A stretch of 64,000 bases of DNA from Klebsiella pneumoniae. GTDB lineage: Bacteria; Desulfobacterota; Binatia; Bin18. The notes beneath the pieces are model-generated. The model ran no database searches. It saw nothing but the letters and a program-made list of their open reading frames with translations, and was not told the origin of the DNA. The stretch is from contig CAMBFS010000002.1 in the NCBI GenBank assembly GCA_945865755.1, positions 355-64,354 of the forward strand. The letters are read 5' to 3'. A program made the translations under genes and the position numbers. The stretch's first letter is position 1, and each line of letters opens with the position of its first letter. Shown here piece after piece: positions 30,337 through 39,929 of this stretch.

Positions 30337-30446
30337 CGCCCCAACTGGGCCATCCATACAGCTTACTTGCATCTGGAAAAAGTGTCTCATGTCATGGAGA
30401 CAGCGACATGAAACAATAGGCTGAGGAGGACATTCGAGGAATCTCT

Positions 30447-31155
30447 TTGTTGGAACTCCACTATATTGTGTTCTATGACAAACCGCTGGTGAAGTTTGAA
30501 CGGCTCGAAACCTCCCTGGCTTTCGCCCCCCGTGGGCTCCAATCCTTTTTGGCGGCCATGCCGGTGTGGATGAAGGAAAAGTTACTCCTCAAGAGTCTGC
30601 TGCAGAAAGAATTGGCACCTATCTCTGAAGGCCTGAAAAAGACGGAGCTTCCTCAGATTCTCTTTGCTGAACATTATGAATCCCATGCTGCCTCAGCTTT
30701 CTACCCTTCCCCTTTCGATACAGCAGCAGTTCTTTGTATGGATGGAGTCGGGGAGTGGGCGACCACCTCCGCATGGCTCGGCCAGGGAAAGCATATTACA
30801 CCGCTCTAGGAGATCCCGTTTCCTCACTCGCTCGGGCTTCTGTATTCTGCCTTTACGTATTATACCGGGTTCAAGGTCAACTCTGGTGAATACAAGGTAA
30901 TGGATCCCGCCCCTTATGGTGAGCCTAAATACGTTCAAGCCATCTATGATCGTGGGTTGGTTTCAAGGTCGGATGGAGTTTGGCCCGCGCGCGCGCTAGG
31001 AGGTCGGAGCATCATCGGAGACGCCCGCAATTCCAAGATGCAGTCAGTGATGAACCTCAAAATTAAGTACCGGGAATCGTTCCGACCTTTTGCTCCTTCG
31101 GTCCTGCGAGAGCGGGTGTCGGACTACTTTAGAAATGGATGTCGATAGTCCTTAG
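30447..31155 (+). pseudogene. NodU/CmcH-type carbamoyltransferase relic
   Basis: FYDKP..KFERL, HYESHAASAFYPS, DGVGEWATTS, HSLGLLYSAFTYYTGFKVNSGEYKVM, WFQGRMEFGPR (shifted frame), KYRESFRPFAP. N-terminus missing, TAG at 30807-30809, large internal deletion, frameshifts. Confidence 0.9.
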
Positions 31156-31187
31156 GTGATTTCTCGAAATGAATATACCGTTTCTAG

Positions 31188-31264
31188 GTAGCCTGGATGA
31201 AGCGGAGCGGAATCCAGGTTCCGCGCGGGACACCCCGGATTCCGCTCCGCTCCATCCGGGCTAC
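31188..31264. repeat. GTAG-family REP-like palindrome, copy 1
   Basis: GTAGCCTGGATG...GGAATCC...GGATTCCGCT...CATCCGGGCTAC; homologous copies at 41902-41988 and 42056-42142. Confidence 0.88.
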
Positions 31265-31302
31265 ATGGGATAGTCTTTTCCGGAAATCGCCTTACATGTT
31301 GC

Positions 31303-31516
31303 TAGTGCTTTGTCAGTCATAAAAACAGGGGTTACGCTGCGTAATGTTTGTAGGATCGCCGCCTTGGTGACATCGCCACGCTACAGACGAAAGCCTCGGC
31401 CTGGGAGACCCACGGCAATACCAAACAACGCGGCGTAACCTGGCAACTCAAAATCAACGATGCCCGTACAAAACTCAAATCCCTCTACCCCAAAATTGAA
31501 AATTGACAAAGCCCTA
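31303..31516 (+). mobile_element. Internally deleted IS630-family element
   Basis: TA-bounded ends TAGTGCTTTGTCA and TGACAAAGCCCTA (12/13 inverted match). The interior encodes only a transposase C-terminus, DRRLGDIATLQTKASAWETHGNTKQRGVTWQLKINDARTKLKSLYPKIEN*. Confidence 0.82.
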
Positions 31517-31696
31517 GCCCTCTCCCAACCGGAAGAGGGAGTTCCGCACGCGCTCTGATTGCTATTGCCCTGCTTGCCGGGAAGTTCAATTCCCGGCACT
31601 TTTTTCAGCGCTCTCTTGGATGCGACCAAAAGAGCAGCTACAATCCCCGTCTCAAAACCTATCATCGGAATTCTCCCGACATACATCAGTTGATTC

Positions 31697-34177
31697 ATGG
31701 ATAACGCAACACCTTCATCGCCACCTCCAGCGCCACGCCGTCAGGGACGTATTCGACGCTTTTTTCGGTTTGTTTTTCGCACCCTGTTGTTCGTCATGCT
31801 GAGCGGCGGTGCGCTGGCCGCCTGGATTTTTTATCAAGACCTCACTGGCGAACTCCCGGCCATTGAACGCCTCACCCATTTCACCCCCCCGTCAGTGACC
31901 CGTGTCTATGCCAACGATGGCACCACCTTGCTTGGGGAGTTTTATTTGGAGAAACGTTACCCTCTCCCCCTCAGCAAAATCCCCGTGCTTATCCAGCGGG
32001 CGTTTCTTGCGTCCGAGGATAAGGATTTTTATCAGCATCCCGGTGTCAATTTTTCCGCGGTCACGCGCGCGGCTATCGCCAACTGGCAAGCCGGACACAC
32101 CGTGCAAGGGGGCAGTACGATCACCCAACAGATCGTGAAGTCAGTCTTGCTCGCCTCGGAGCGGAGCTATCGTCGCAAAGCCCAGGAAATGATCCTCGCG
32201 TTACGGCTTGAGCGACGGATGAGCAAAGAGCAGATTCTCGAGATTTATCTCAACCAGCTTTATCTCGGCAGTGGCGCGTATGGAGTAGAGGCCGCCGCGC
32301 GGGAATACTTCAACAAAAGTGTCGCCGACCTCACTTTGCCAGAAGCCGCGATGATCGCTGGCTTAGCACCAGCCCCCAGCGTCTACGATCCTTTCAAGAA
32401 TCTCGAAGGCGCCAAGGAACGGCAACGCTACGTGCTCGAACGGATGATGGAAGAGCGCTTTATTTCGTATGCCCAGGCCATGACCGCCTGGCAAGAACCG
32501 CTGACGCCATCCTCGGCGGCCCCCGCGTCGTATACCGACCTCGCCCCGTATTATGTCGAGCAGGTCCGCCAACTGATCCAACACAAGTACGGAGAGGACG
32601 CCACGCAAAAACTCGGCTTGGAAGTGTATACCACCGTGGATCTAAAGATCCAAAAAGCAGCGGAGAAGGCATTCCGCGACGGCATTGATGTCCTCTGCCG
32701 ACGCGAGGGCCTCTGTCGGCGACAAAGCACCAATCACCTCGACGGCGGGTTGCTGGCGGTGGACCTCACAACGGGTGAAGTGAAAGCCATGGTGGGTGGA
32801 TACGACTTCACCCGCAGCCAATTCAACCGCGCGACGCAAGCCAAACGTCAACCCGGATCGGTGTTCAAGCCCGTGGTCTATGCCGCCGCGCTGGACCGTG
32901 GCTATACCCCGGCCTCCATTGTCAAGGATAGCCCGATCTCCTTTCCTGATGGCCGAGGCAAGCGTTGGTCCCCGGCGAACTATGATCGCAAGTTTCGTGG
33001 TCCTATCCGGTTGCGCGAGGCACTCACCTTTTCTCGCAACGTGCCAACCGTGCGTATCGCGGATGCGATTGGCCTTCCCTATCTACTGTCGTACGCGCAG
33101 TCGCTCGGGATTACCTCACCGCTCGCCCCCAATATGTCCGTGGCGTTAGGGTCATCGGAGGTCACGTTATTGGACATGATTCGTGCCTACGGTGTCTTCG
33201 CGACCAATGGCAATCGGTTTGAGCCGATCTTCATTTCGAAAATGACCGACAGCCAAGGCGCCGTGATCTCGGAAAGCACCTTTCACCCCACTCCCGCCAT
33301 CGCGCCGGAGACCGCGTATCTGATGACCAGTATTCTCAAGAGTGCCGTCGAGCGTGGAACGGGCAAGGAAGCACTCAAACTTGGCCGCCCGGCGGCAGGC
33401 AAGACCGGCACCACCAACGATTATGGAGAGGCGTGGTTCGTTGGGTATACCCCGGAGCTGATCGCCGGAGTCTGGGTGGGCTTTGACGAGAAACGCCCGC
33501 TTGGGTCAGGAGAAACGGGCGGGCGGGTCGCGGCTCCGATATGGACTTCCTTTATGAAGGAAGCCCTTGGCGAGAGTCCGATTAACGATTTCCCTATTCC
33601 TGATGGCATTATGGTCGCACACATCAATGCTGGCACTGGGAAGCGGGCGGCGGGCGGCAAGGTCATCCTAGAAATTTTCGCGCGCGGCACCGAACCCGGA
33701 GCCACCACCGAGACCGCATCGGCTCCTGGCTTGGCCACACCGGAGGGCGATGCGTTTTCCCCTTCTCCGATTGGCACTCCCGCGCCCACTCCGATCGCCG
33801 TGCCTGACCCCGTGCAACAACAACCCATCCCGCCACCCGTCGTTATCGCTCCGCCGTCGGTGGCCCGGCTCCCTGAACCCGGTGTCGAAGAAGAGCCCGC
33901 GCCTGTGGAAGAAGAAGAACCACAAGAAGAATCGACCCCGGAATTCGAGGAGCCCGAGCCCGAAGAGACGACCGCAACCAATAATGACGAAGCCCCGCCT
34001 GTGGACGCTAGTGATGCCCAAACTCCTCTCTTCGAGGAAAGTCTGAGTGACGGGACGGTGGGCGCTCCTCTTCCTGAGACTGGCGCGGGAGAGCCGTCGG
34101 CCCCAATCGCGAAAGTCCCCCCCACTCCTGCTCCACCAGCTCCGGAGCAAACCTACAATTTGGGGGACTCCCAGTAG
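31697..34177 (+). CDS. Class A penicillin-binding protein (PBP1A family) with Pro/Glu-rich C-terminal tail
   Basis: TM anchor; TG motifs EDKDF, GGSTITQQ, RKAQE; TP motifs SVFK, SRN, KTGTT. Confidence 0.95.
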   Translation: MDNATPSSPPPAPRRQGRIRRFFRFVFRTLLFVMLSGGALAAWIFYQDLTGELPAIERLTHFTPPSVTRVYANDGTTLLGEFYLEKRYPLPLSKIPVLIQRAFLASEDKDFYQHPGVNFSAVTRAAIANWQAGHTVQGGSTITQQIVKSVLLASERSYRRKAQEMILALRLERRMSKEQILEIYLNQLYLGSGAYGVEAAAREYFNKSVADLTLPEAAMIAGLAPAPSVYDPFKNLEGAKERQRYVLERMMEERFISYAQAMTAWQEPLTPSSAAPASYTDLAPYYVEQVRQLIQHKYGEDATQKLGLEVYTTVDLKIQKAAEKAFRDGIDVLCRREGLCRRQSTNHLDGGLLAVDLTTGEVKAMVGGYDFTRSQFNRATQAKRQPGSVFKPVVYAAALDRGYTPASIVKDSPISFPDGRGKRWSPANYDRKFRGPIRLREALTFSRNVPTVRIADAIGLPYLLSYAQSLGITSPLAPNMSVALGSSEVTLLDMIRAYGVFATNGNRFEPIFISKMTDSQGAVISESTFHPTPAIAPETAYLMTSILKSAVERGTGKEALKLGRPAAGKTGTTNDYGEAWFVGYTPELIAGVWVGFDEKRPLGSGETGGRVAAPIWTSFMKEALGESPINDFPIPDGIMVAHINAGTGKRAAGGKVILEIFARGTEPGATTETASAPGLATPEGDAFSPSPIGTPAPTPIAVPDPVQQQPIPPPVVIAPPSVARLPEPGVEEEPAPVEEEEPQEESTPEFEEPEPEETTATNNDEAPPVDASDAQTPLFEESLSDGTVGAPLPETGAGEPSAPIAKVPPTPAPPAPEQTYNLGDSQ

Positions 34178-35184
34178 CGGCTTTGGACTTGCCACGCGGT
34201 TGATGCCAAGCCGCGCACGGTGTGTAAGGGAAGACTCTCCGTAATATGTCCGCCCTCCATTTCGTCGAGCACGGAGCACACGGATTTCCGCAGCCCCTCC
34301 AGATCATACCCACCTTCAAGAATCGCGGCGCAGCGCCCCTGCGCGTGTTCTTGCGCGACCTGTAACAACACCCGCGCCATCGCGCCAAAACCGGCTTCCG
34401 TAACGTCCATGCCCCCCAGCGGATCCCGGCGATGCGCGTCAAACCCGGCGGAGATGAGCACAAATTCCGGGTTGAACTGCCGACAGATCGGCGCGATCAC
34501 ATCGGTGAAGAGTTCTTGATATTCCGCGTCGCCACAACCTGGGGAAAGCGGCAAATTGAGCGTGTATCCTTCCCCTTGTCCCGTGCCAACTTCGTTCAGG
34601 GCTCCGGTCCCTGGATAGTACGGGTACTGGTGAGTGGACACGTAGAGCACTCCCGGATCGTCGTAAAAACTGTGTTGCGTCCCGTTGCCGTGGTGGACAT
34701 CCCAATCCATCACCAAGATACGCTTGAGGTCAAACCGCTCTCGCAAGTATTGCGCGCCGATGGCCGCGCTGTTGAACAAACAAAACCCCATCGCGCGATC
34801 ACGTTCGGCATGATGGCCAGGCGGACGCACAAGGGCGAAGCCATTATCGATGTCGTGGGTCATAATCGCTTCGAGCAGCGTCAAGAGACCACCCGTCGCC
34901 AGCAGTGCGGTGTGGTACGATTGCGCGGAGACGGAGGTATCGGCATCAAACGCGAAGCGATTCTGTTGCGCGGTCGCCGCCACGCGGTCGACGTGGCTCG
35001 TATCATGCACCAGGGCAATCTCCGTGGGTGTGGCAAGGCGCGGGTCAAACCGTTTGAGCCCGGCTCGTTGATACCGAGTCAGCGCATCAACGAGGGTGGC
35101 AATCCGCTCCGGGCGCTCCGGGTGATTCCGCCCAGTGTCATGCTCCTGATACCGGGCATCCACAACAATTCCTGTACGCAACAT
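34153..35184 (-). CDS. Histone-deacetylase-family amidohydrolase
   Basis: HPERPER, RPPGHHA, GFCLFN, DWDVHHGNGTQ, SAGFDAH, LEGGY. Confidence 0.95.
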   Translation of the reverse strand: MLRTGIVVDARYQEHDTGRNHPERPERIATLVDALTRYQRAGLKRFDPRLATPTEIALVHDTSHVDRVAATAQQNRFAFDADTSVSAQSYHTALLATGGLLTLLEAIMTHDIDNGFALVRPPGHHAERDRAMGFCLFNSAAIGAQYLRERFDLKRILVMDWDVHHGNGTQHSFYDDPGVLYVSTHQYPYYPGTGALNEVGTGQGEGYTLNLPLSPGCGDAEYQELFTDVIAPICRQFNPEFVLISAGFDAHRRDPLGGMDVTEAGFGAMARVLLQVAQEHAQGRCAAILEGGYDLEGLRKSVCSVLDEMEGGHITESLPLHTVRGLASTAWQVQSRYWESPKL

Positions 35185-35263
35185 ATCCGCTCCTTTGCTG
35201 TCATTCGTGTTTCGCGACTTGCGCCCTTTTTCCGATTATACTACCGTATGCCGCACAGCACTT

Positions 35264-35620
35264 ATGTTTGGCATCGGCATCCCAGAATTCCTCGTCATCA
35301 TCGTCATCGCACTGATCTTTGTCGGTCCAGAGCGATTGCCGGAAGTCATCAAAATGTTCACTAGACTTTTTGCCGACTTTCGCAAGGTCACTGACGACGT
35401 ATCGGAAGAGTTGCGCAGCGCCCGCCAAATGCTCGAAGAAGAAATTCGCCAGGCCGAACGAGAAGCCCAAGCGGAGCTTTCTCCACCCACGAGCACGACA
35501 CCACCCCCCGTGGATCAACCTGTGGGAACGCCAGTCGCCACCGTGCCGCGCGGCAAAGGGGCAATGGAACCTGGTGCCACGGGAGAGAAGAAGGAGTCTT
35601 CATCAGGAGAGTCGGCGTAG
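35264..35620 (+). CDS. tatB: Twin-arginine translocase subunit TatB
   Basis: MFGIGIPEFLVIIVIALIFVGPERLP; directly upstream of tatC. Confidence 0.85.
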   Translation: MFGIGIPEFLVIIVIALIFVGPERLPEVIKMFTRLFADFRKVTDDVSEELRSARQMLEEEIRQAEREAQAELSPPTSTTPPPVDQPVGTPVATVPRGKGAMEPGATGEKKESSSGESA

Positions 35621-36364
35621 ATGGCCGGTGATGATCGGACGATGCCGCTCTTGGGCCATTTGCAGGAGTTACGCGGGCGGCTGCTCAAGTCGCTGCTGGC
35701 GATCGCCATCGCCTTTGTTCCCACCTACCTGGCGGCGAGCGAGTTGTTTACCTTTCTCTCGCACCCGGTGTTGACCGCCACGGCGGAGGCTCCAGCGCTG
35801 GTCGGGTTAGGGCCCACCGAGGCATTCTTCACCAAGCTCAAGGTCGCGTTCATCGCCGCGCTCTTCCTGGCGAGCCCAGCCCTTTTTTATCAATTATGGC
35901 AATTCGTCGCGCCGGGCCTGCATCAGCACGAGAAGCGCTACGTGATTCCCTTCGTGATTTTTGGCCCGCTTTTTTTCTTCCTCGGCGCGGGGTTTTGTTA
36001 TCGCGTGGTGTTGCCGGTGGCGTTCGCCTTTTTTCTTGAGGAGTACAAAACCATCGGTGTCGAGCCGACCTTACGCATCAGCGAATATCTGACGTTTACC
36101 GCGCGCATGCTGTTAGCCTTTGGAGTGACATTCGAGTTACCGGTGTTCGCGTTCTTCTTCACGCGCATCGGACTGATTACGCACCAGATACTCATCCAAT
36201 TCTTTCGTTACGCGGTCGTCCTTATTTTTGTGTTGGCGGCGGTGTTAACTCCCGGCCCTGACGTCGCCTCTCAACTGCTCCTCGCTGGCCCCCTGTTGCT
36301 GCTGTATGCCATCAGCATTGGCGTGGCGTATGTCTTTGGGAAAGAAGGGAAAAGCGAGGCTTGA
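35621..36364 (+). CDS. tatC: Twin-arginine translocase subunit TatC
   Basis: MPLLGHLQELRGRL, PTEAFFTKLKVA, YQLWQFVAPGL...EKR, FGVTFELPV, TPGPD. Confidence 0.96.
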   Translation: MAGDDRTMPLLGHLQELRGRLLKSLLAIAIAFVPTYLAASELFTFLSHPVLTATAEAPALVGLGPTEAFFTKLKVAFIAALFLASPALFYQLWQFVAPGLHQHEKRYVIPFVIFGPLFFFLGAGFCYRVVLPVAFAFFLEEYKTIGVEPTLRISEYLTFTARMLLAFGVTFELPVFAFFFTRIGLITHQILIQFFRYAVVLIFVLAAVLTPGPDVASQLLLAGPLLLLYAISIGVAYVFGKEGKSEA

Positions 36365-36370
36365 GGGCTT

Positions 36371-36398
36371 AGGATTTGGGATTTGGGATTTGGGATTT
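36371..36398. repeat. Heptamer tandem repeat (GGGATTT) x4
   Basis: Read directly; the first unit is AGGATTT. Confidence 0.85.
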
Positions 36399-36421
36399 GG
36401 AAAAGAAAAACCTGCCACTCG

Positions 36422-36691
36422 CTACTCGTTACTCACGACTTGCTTCATCAGCCAATCGTCCTGCTCGATAGGGGGCGGGATTTCGTACCATTCCATTTCG
36501 TCACGAAGCGAGTCCAGCACTCCTCGGACATGCTCGATAGCATCCGGCATGGCGAGGACCGCCACAGTCGCCCTTTTTCGATCCAGCGTGCGGACAATGC
36601 CAATGCCTTCATACGACTCGACCACGAACTTGAGCAGGGCAATGTCTTCACGCCGGAGGCGGAGGTAAATTTCGATGAGATCCATTGGCAT
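36422..36691 (-). CDS. DUF4911 domain protein
   Basis: REDIALLKFVVESYEGIG.VRTLD pattern. Confidence 0.8.
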   Translation of the reverse strand: MPMDLIEIYLRLRREDIALLKFVVESYEGIGIVRTLDRKRATVAVLAMPDAIEHVRGVLDSLRDEMEWYEIPPPIEQDDWLMKQVVSNE

Positions 36692-36823
36692 GTCCACTCT
36701 CCGGGTACAGTAATGACTGAGTTTGATGTCAATCGCAAGGATTGCGGCCACCTGGCATCCATCGCTGTGGTCAGCCCGATCGCGCCATCGGTGGGAAGCG
36801 TCACCGGAACTTGCCTCCCTCCC

Positions 36824-38692
36824 CTACTCCACCTCAAACGACTGCAACTCCACCGGTAACGCGGTCACGGTCAGCGTCACCGCAGTTCTGGTGTAGCCGA
36901 TCTGCAACGTGCGACCATTGAACGTGAGGGAGTTGCCGTTCGCCAAGCCGTTGAACGTGCCGGTGACGCTGGTCGCTGATACGATGGTGAAGACGTCGTT
37001 GATGGCTGGCGGGACGAACGCGCCGGTCAGCACCAAATCCACGCCCTTGAGGTCCACAATGCCCGCGACGTTGAGTTGTGTGTAGTCGGTATCGACCGTG
37101 GGGCCAACGATATTGATATTCAGATCACTGCCAAACGACACGGTATCGGCCTTGATGTCCGTGCCGGCGCGAATGGGTTTGACGGCGGCTGGGGTAAGGC
37201 CAGGATCAAGCAGCAACGTGCCCCCGCTGGTGTTGACTTGGCCACCACTCAGCACCACGTCACTACCGGAAATCAGTTCCACCACCGTGGCCACGCCGAA
37301 CCGGATGATGTCGGCGCTGACTGTGAGGGGGCCACTGGTGATGTTGCCGATCTCCAGCGTGCTCGCCGTGACTTGATCTAACTCCGCATCGGTGAGGCCC
37401 AGGGTGAGCGGGCTGCCGCTGAGCACATCCGCGCCACCGAGGTCAATCAGCGTGCCCGCCGTGCGCGGTTGGAGCGTCACAAGGCCAGTACCTGCGGTGA
37501 TGAAGCCAGGAGAGGAGATGTCGATATTATCGCCAGTGAGCAAAATCGGGGCGGAGGTGATGGCCGTGGTGATCTCGCCGCTTAACTGCACGACAAGGGC
37601 CTCGCTGTTGGCAGTGCCGGTCCCCGTGACGCTGACAGTGCCGCCGCCCGAAGTGATCTGCGTGTTCGCCCCATCTACATATACGCCATAGTTGATGCCT
37701 CCCAAAGTAGCCCCACCGGCGCCGGTAACGGTCACCGTCCCGGTGCCGCCCGCGCTGATCTGGCCCGCAACGAGTAGAACCACGCCGGCGTTGCTGTTGC
37801 TGGCCCCTGTGCCGCCTCCCTGCCCGGTGACGTTCACAGGGCCACCGCTTGAAGTGATCCGCGTGTTCGTCTCTTGTACATTCACGCCAATGTTTTGGTT
37901 CCCCCCGGTGGCCCCACCGGTGCCGGTGACGGTCAGCGTCCCGCTTGCCCCCCCACTGAGCACAGCGCCACTTTGCAGCGTCACTCCGTATTGCAAGCCA
38001 CCACCATCATTCCCACCACGCCCCTGTACCGTCACATTCCCCGTCCCCGTTGCTTCCACCGTCGCGGCGTTGATAAGAACGCCGTCGAAGCTGCCAGAAG
38101 TAGCCGTGGCTTGCTGGTTGGCTTCGAGGAGGATGTTGCCGTTGACGGTCTCCAGGGTGGAGTCGAAGGCGACAGTGATATTGCGGCTGGCTCTGGCGGC
38201 GATGCCCGCGCTCCCAGTGAAGGACGAAGCGCCATTGAAGGTGATCGTTCCGGCGCTCGCCTCGTCGAGCGTGACGTTGAAGGTGTCGCCGTAGGTGTTG
38301 GCCCCACTATCATTGAAGGTCGCCGTGCTGCCAGTCGCCGAGTCGGTGAGGTTGATGGTGTCGAACACCCCAAGTCCTGCCGCCGTCACCGTGAGCGTGA
38401 CCGTGCCATTGCCTGTGACGTTGACGCTATCAGTGCCGCTCCACGTGCCGACCGTCAAGGTCAGCGTGTAGCTCGTGCCGTTCGAGACAATGGCCACGGC
38501 TTCGCTGGCGGTGTTCAGATTAAGGTTGAGCTGCGGTGCGGCCTCGGTAAAGGTTGCCGCCTTGGCCAAGGTGGCGGTGCCTAGCAGCAGTACGACAACG
38601 GCAGCGAGCAAGGCGCGGACGGGTCGGGTGAGGCGGTGCGACTCGTCACGAGAGATTGAGAGATTGAGAGATTGAGAGAAGGTCGTGCGCAT
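36824..38692 (-). CDS. Secreted Thr/Gly-rich beta-helical adhesin-like protein ending LPVELQSFEVE
   Basis: Signal peptide; repeated GTVTVTG.GG units; LGLTDAELDQVT; DYTQLNVAG.VDL...DVFTIV...GTFNGL; AAGGAG SD. Confidence 0.85.
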   Translation of the reverse strand: MRTTFSQSLNLSISRDESHRLTRPVRALLAAVVVLLLGTATLAKAATFTEAAPQLNLNLNTASEAVAIVSNGTSYTLTLTVGTWSGTDSVNVTGNGTVTLTVTAAGLGVFDTINLTDSATGSTATFNDSGANTYGDTFNVTLDEASAGTITFNGASSFTGSAGIAARASRNITVAFDSTLETVNGNILLEANQQATATSGSFDGVLINAATVEATGTGNVTVQGRGGNDGGGLQYGVTLQSGAVLSGGASGTLTVTGTGGATGGNQNIGVNVQETNTRITSSGGPVNVTGQGGGTGASNSNAGVVLLVAGQISAGGTGTVTVTGAGGATLGGINYGVYVDGANTQITSGGGTVSVTGTGTANSEALVVQLSGEITTAITSAPILLTGDNIDISSPGFITAGTGLVTLQPRTAGTLIDLGGADVLSGSPLTLGLTDAELDQVTASTLEIGNITSGPLTVSADIIRFGVATVVELISGSDVVLSGGQVNTSGGTLLLDPGLTPAAVKPIRAGTDIKADTVSFGSDLNINIVGPTVDTDYTQLNVAGIVDLKGVDLVLTGAFVPPAINDVFTIVSATSVTGTFNGLANGNSLTFNGRTLQIGYTRTAVTLTVTALPVELQSFEVE

Positions 38693-38763
38693 CTTGAGAT
38701 AGCTCCTTGTCCGGGTTTTAAAAGTCTTCCTCTCGTAACAGTTTGCGCTCCGACGGGATAGGA

Positions 38764-38802
38764 CCAGCCGAGCGCAGGCGTGGCGGGCGAGATGCCTGCG
38801 CT
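38764..38802. repeat. 39-bp direct repeat, left of higBA
   Basis: 37/39 identical to 39567-39605; partial third copy at 39892-39917. Confidence 0.85.
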
Positions 38803-38896
38803 TCTTGGACCTCCCTGGGGTCCGCCTTGTTTCACTCAGGCCACGAGACTGAGACCACCGATCATGTCAGGTCTCAGCAGGAAGCATGAGGAGGCA

Positions 38897-39199
38897 TCAT
38901 GCGGGCGTGGCGACCACAGGTGATACCCGCCGGACATGAATGTGCTTCGTTCGTTTACGAGTTTGTGCGATGTCATAGGACACCTGCATCCGGAGCAGGG
39001 TATCCATCTTCACCCCGAACGCTTTTTCAATCCGTAACGCCATCTCGGCGGACAGGTCCGCCTTGCCATTCAGCAGACTGGAGAGGGTGGGACGAGACAC
39101 CTGCAACGCGACAGCGGCTTGGGTCACCGAAAACCCGGCAGGCTGCACGATTTCCGTGCGGATAAAATCGCCCGGATGGGGAGGGTTCTTCATCGGCAT
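38897..39199 (-). CDS. higA: HigA-family antitoxin (HTH)
   Basis: MKNPPHPG.FIR, A.AL.VSR.TLS.LLNGK..LS.EMALR.EKAFG. Confidence 0.92.
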   Translation of the reverse strand: MPMKNPPHPGDFIRTEIVQPAGFSVTQAAVALQVSRPTLSSLLNGKADLSAEMALRIEKAFGVKMDTLLRMQVSYDIAQTRKRTKHIHVRRVSPVVATPA

Positions 39200-39209
39200 G
39201 ATTTCTCTC

Positions 39210-39501
39210 CTAGTGATAATCTTCCAGGTTCAGGTCGTGGATTTCGAGCGCGGCGGCGTCGATGCGGAACGTCAAGCGCCAGTTCCGGGTGACGTTGAGG
39301 CTCCAGGTTCCCTTGCGGTCACCGGTGAGCACATGCACTTTCCACGCCGAGAGCGCCCGTAATTCTTCAGGGTCCGCCATAGCATCAAGGAACACCAGCA
39401 TCTTGCGCAACTTGTCCACGGTACCGGGCGGTACGCCTTTGACGCTGTCATCCTGGTAAAGCCGGTTCAGTCCCTATATGCGAGAAGTTCCGAATACGCA
39501 C
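39210..39501 (-). pseudogene. higB: HigB/RelE-family toxin with +1 frameshift near codon 9
   Basis: GTG 39501 gives MRIRNFSH, then CATATAGGGACTG carries one extra base. The shifted frame continues (K)GLNRLYQDD...WKVHVLTGDRKGTWSLNVTRNWRLTF...NLEDYH. Confidence 0.85.
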
Positions 39502-39629
39502 TGTCACTCTGTAGCCTGTGACATAACACTTGTCAAAATAAAGTAGCCCGGTTGGAATGAAAAGGGCCAGCCGAGCGCAGGCATGGCGGGCGAGACGCCT
39601 GCGCTCCCAGGGCTCGCCTCTTTGTGCGG

Positions 39630-39760
39630 TCTTTGCCCCGGAGAGGCGTAAGAGATTAGCCCAGGGCGTCAGCCCTGGGAAACAATGCCAGGATTCCTCA
39701 GCCCCGGAGGGGCGATAGAACCTGAGACAGCGGTGTTCTGTCGCCCCTCCGGGGCTCAAG
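39630..39760. repeat. REP-like hairpin cluster
   Basis: CCCAGGGC-GTCA-GCCCTGGG hairpin and AGCCCCGGAGGGGCGA...TCGCCCCTCCGGGGCT inverted repeat. Confidence 0.75.
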
Positions 39761-39929
39761 ACGACTGTCCAACAAAGGCCATACAAACGACAAAGACCTT
39801 ATTTCGGATAAAGTCTCATGGAGGAAAGACCCGCGCCCCGTTCCTTTCCCGGATAGGCGATGGCATGATGTCCGCCTTCATCGGGTTGTTGGCAGGCGAG
39901 ACGCCTGCGCTCCCAGGAAAAGAGACCGA

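Noticed and set aside
31381-31698. Minus-strand 105-aa ORF
   Set aside because: Shadow of the IS630 transposase remnant plus the PBP1A promoter region.
38710-38760. GCAAAC-containing stretch upstream of the adhesin-like gene, considered as a second GEMM riboswitch
   Set aside because: It lacks the P2 stem with GNRA loop and the GACGCAAAGCC core.
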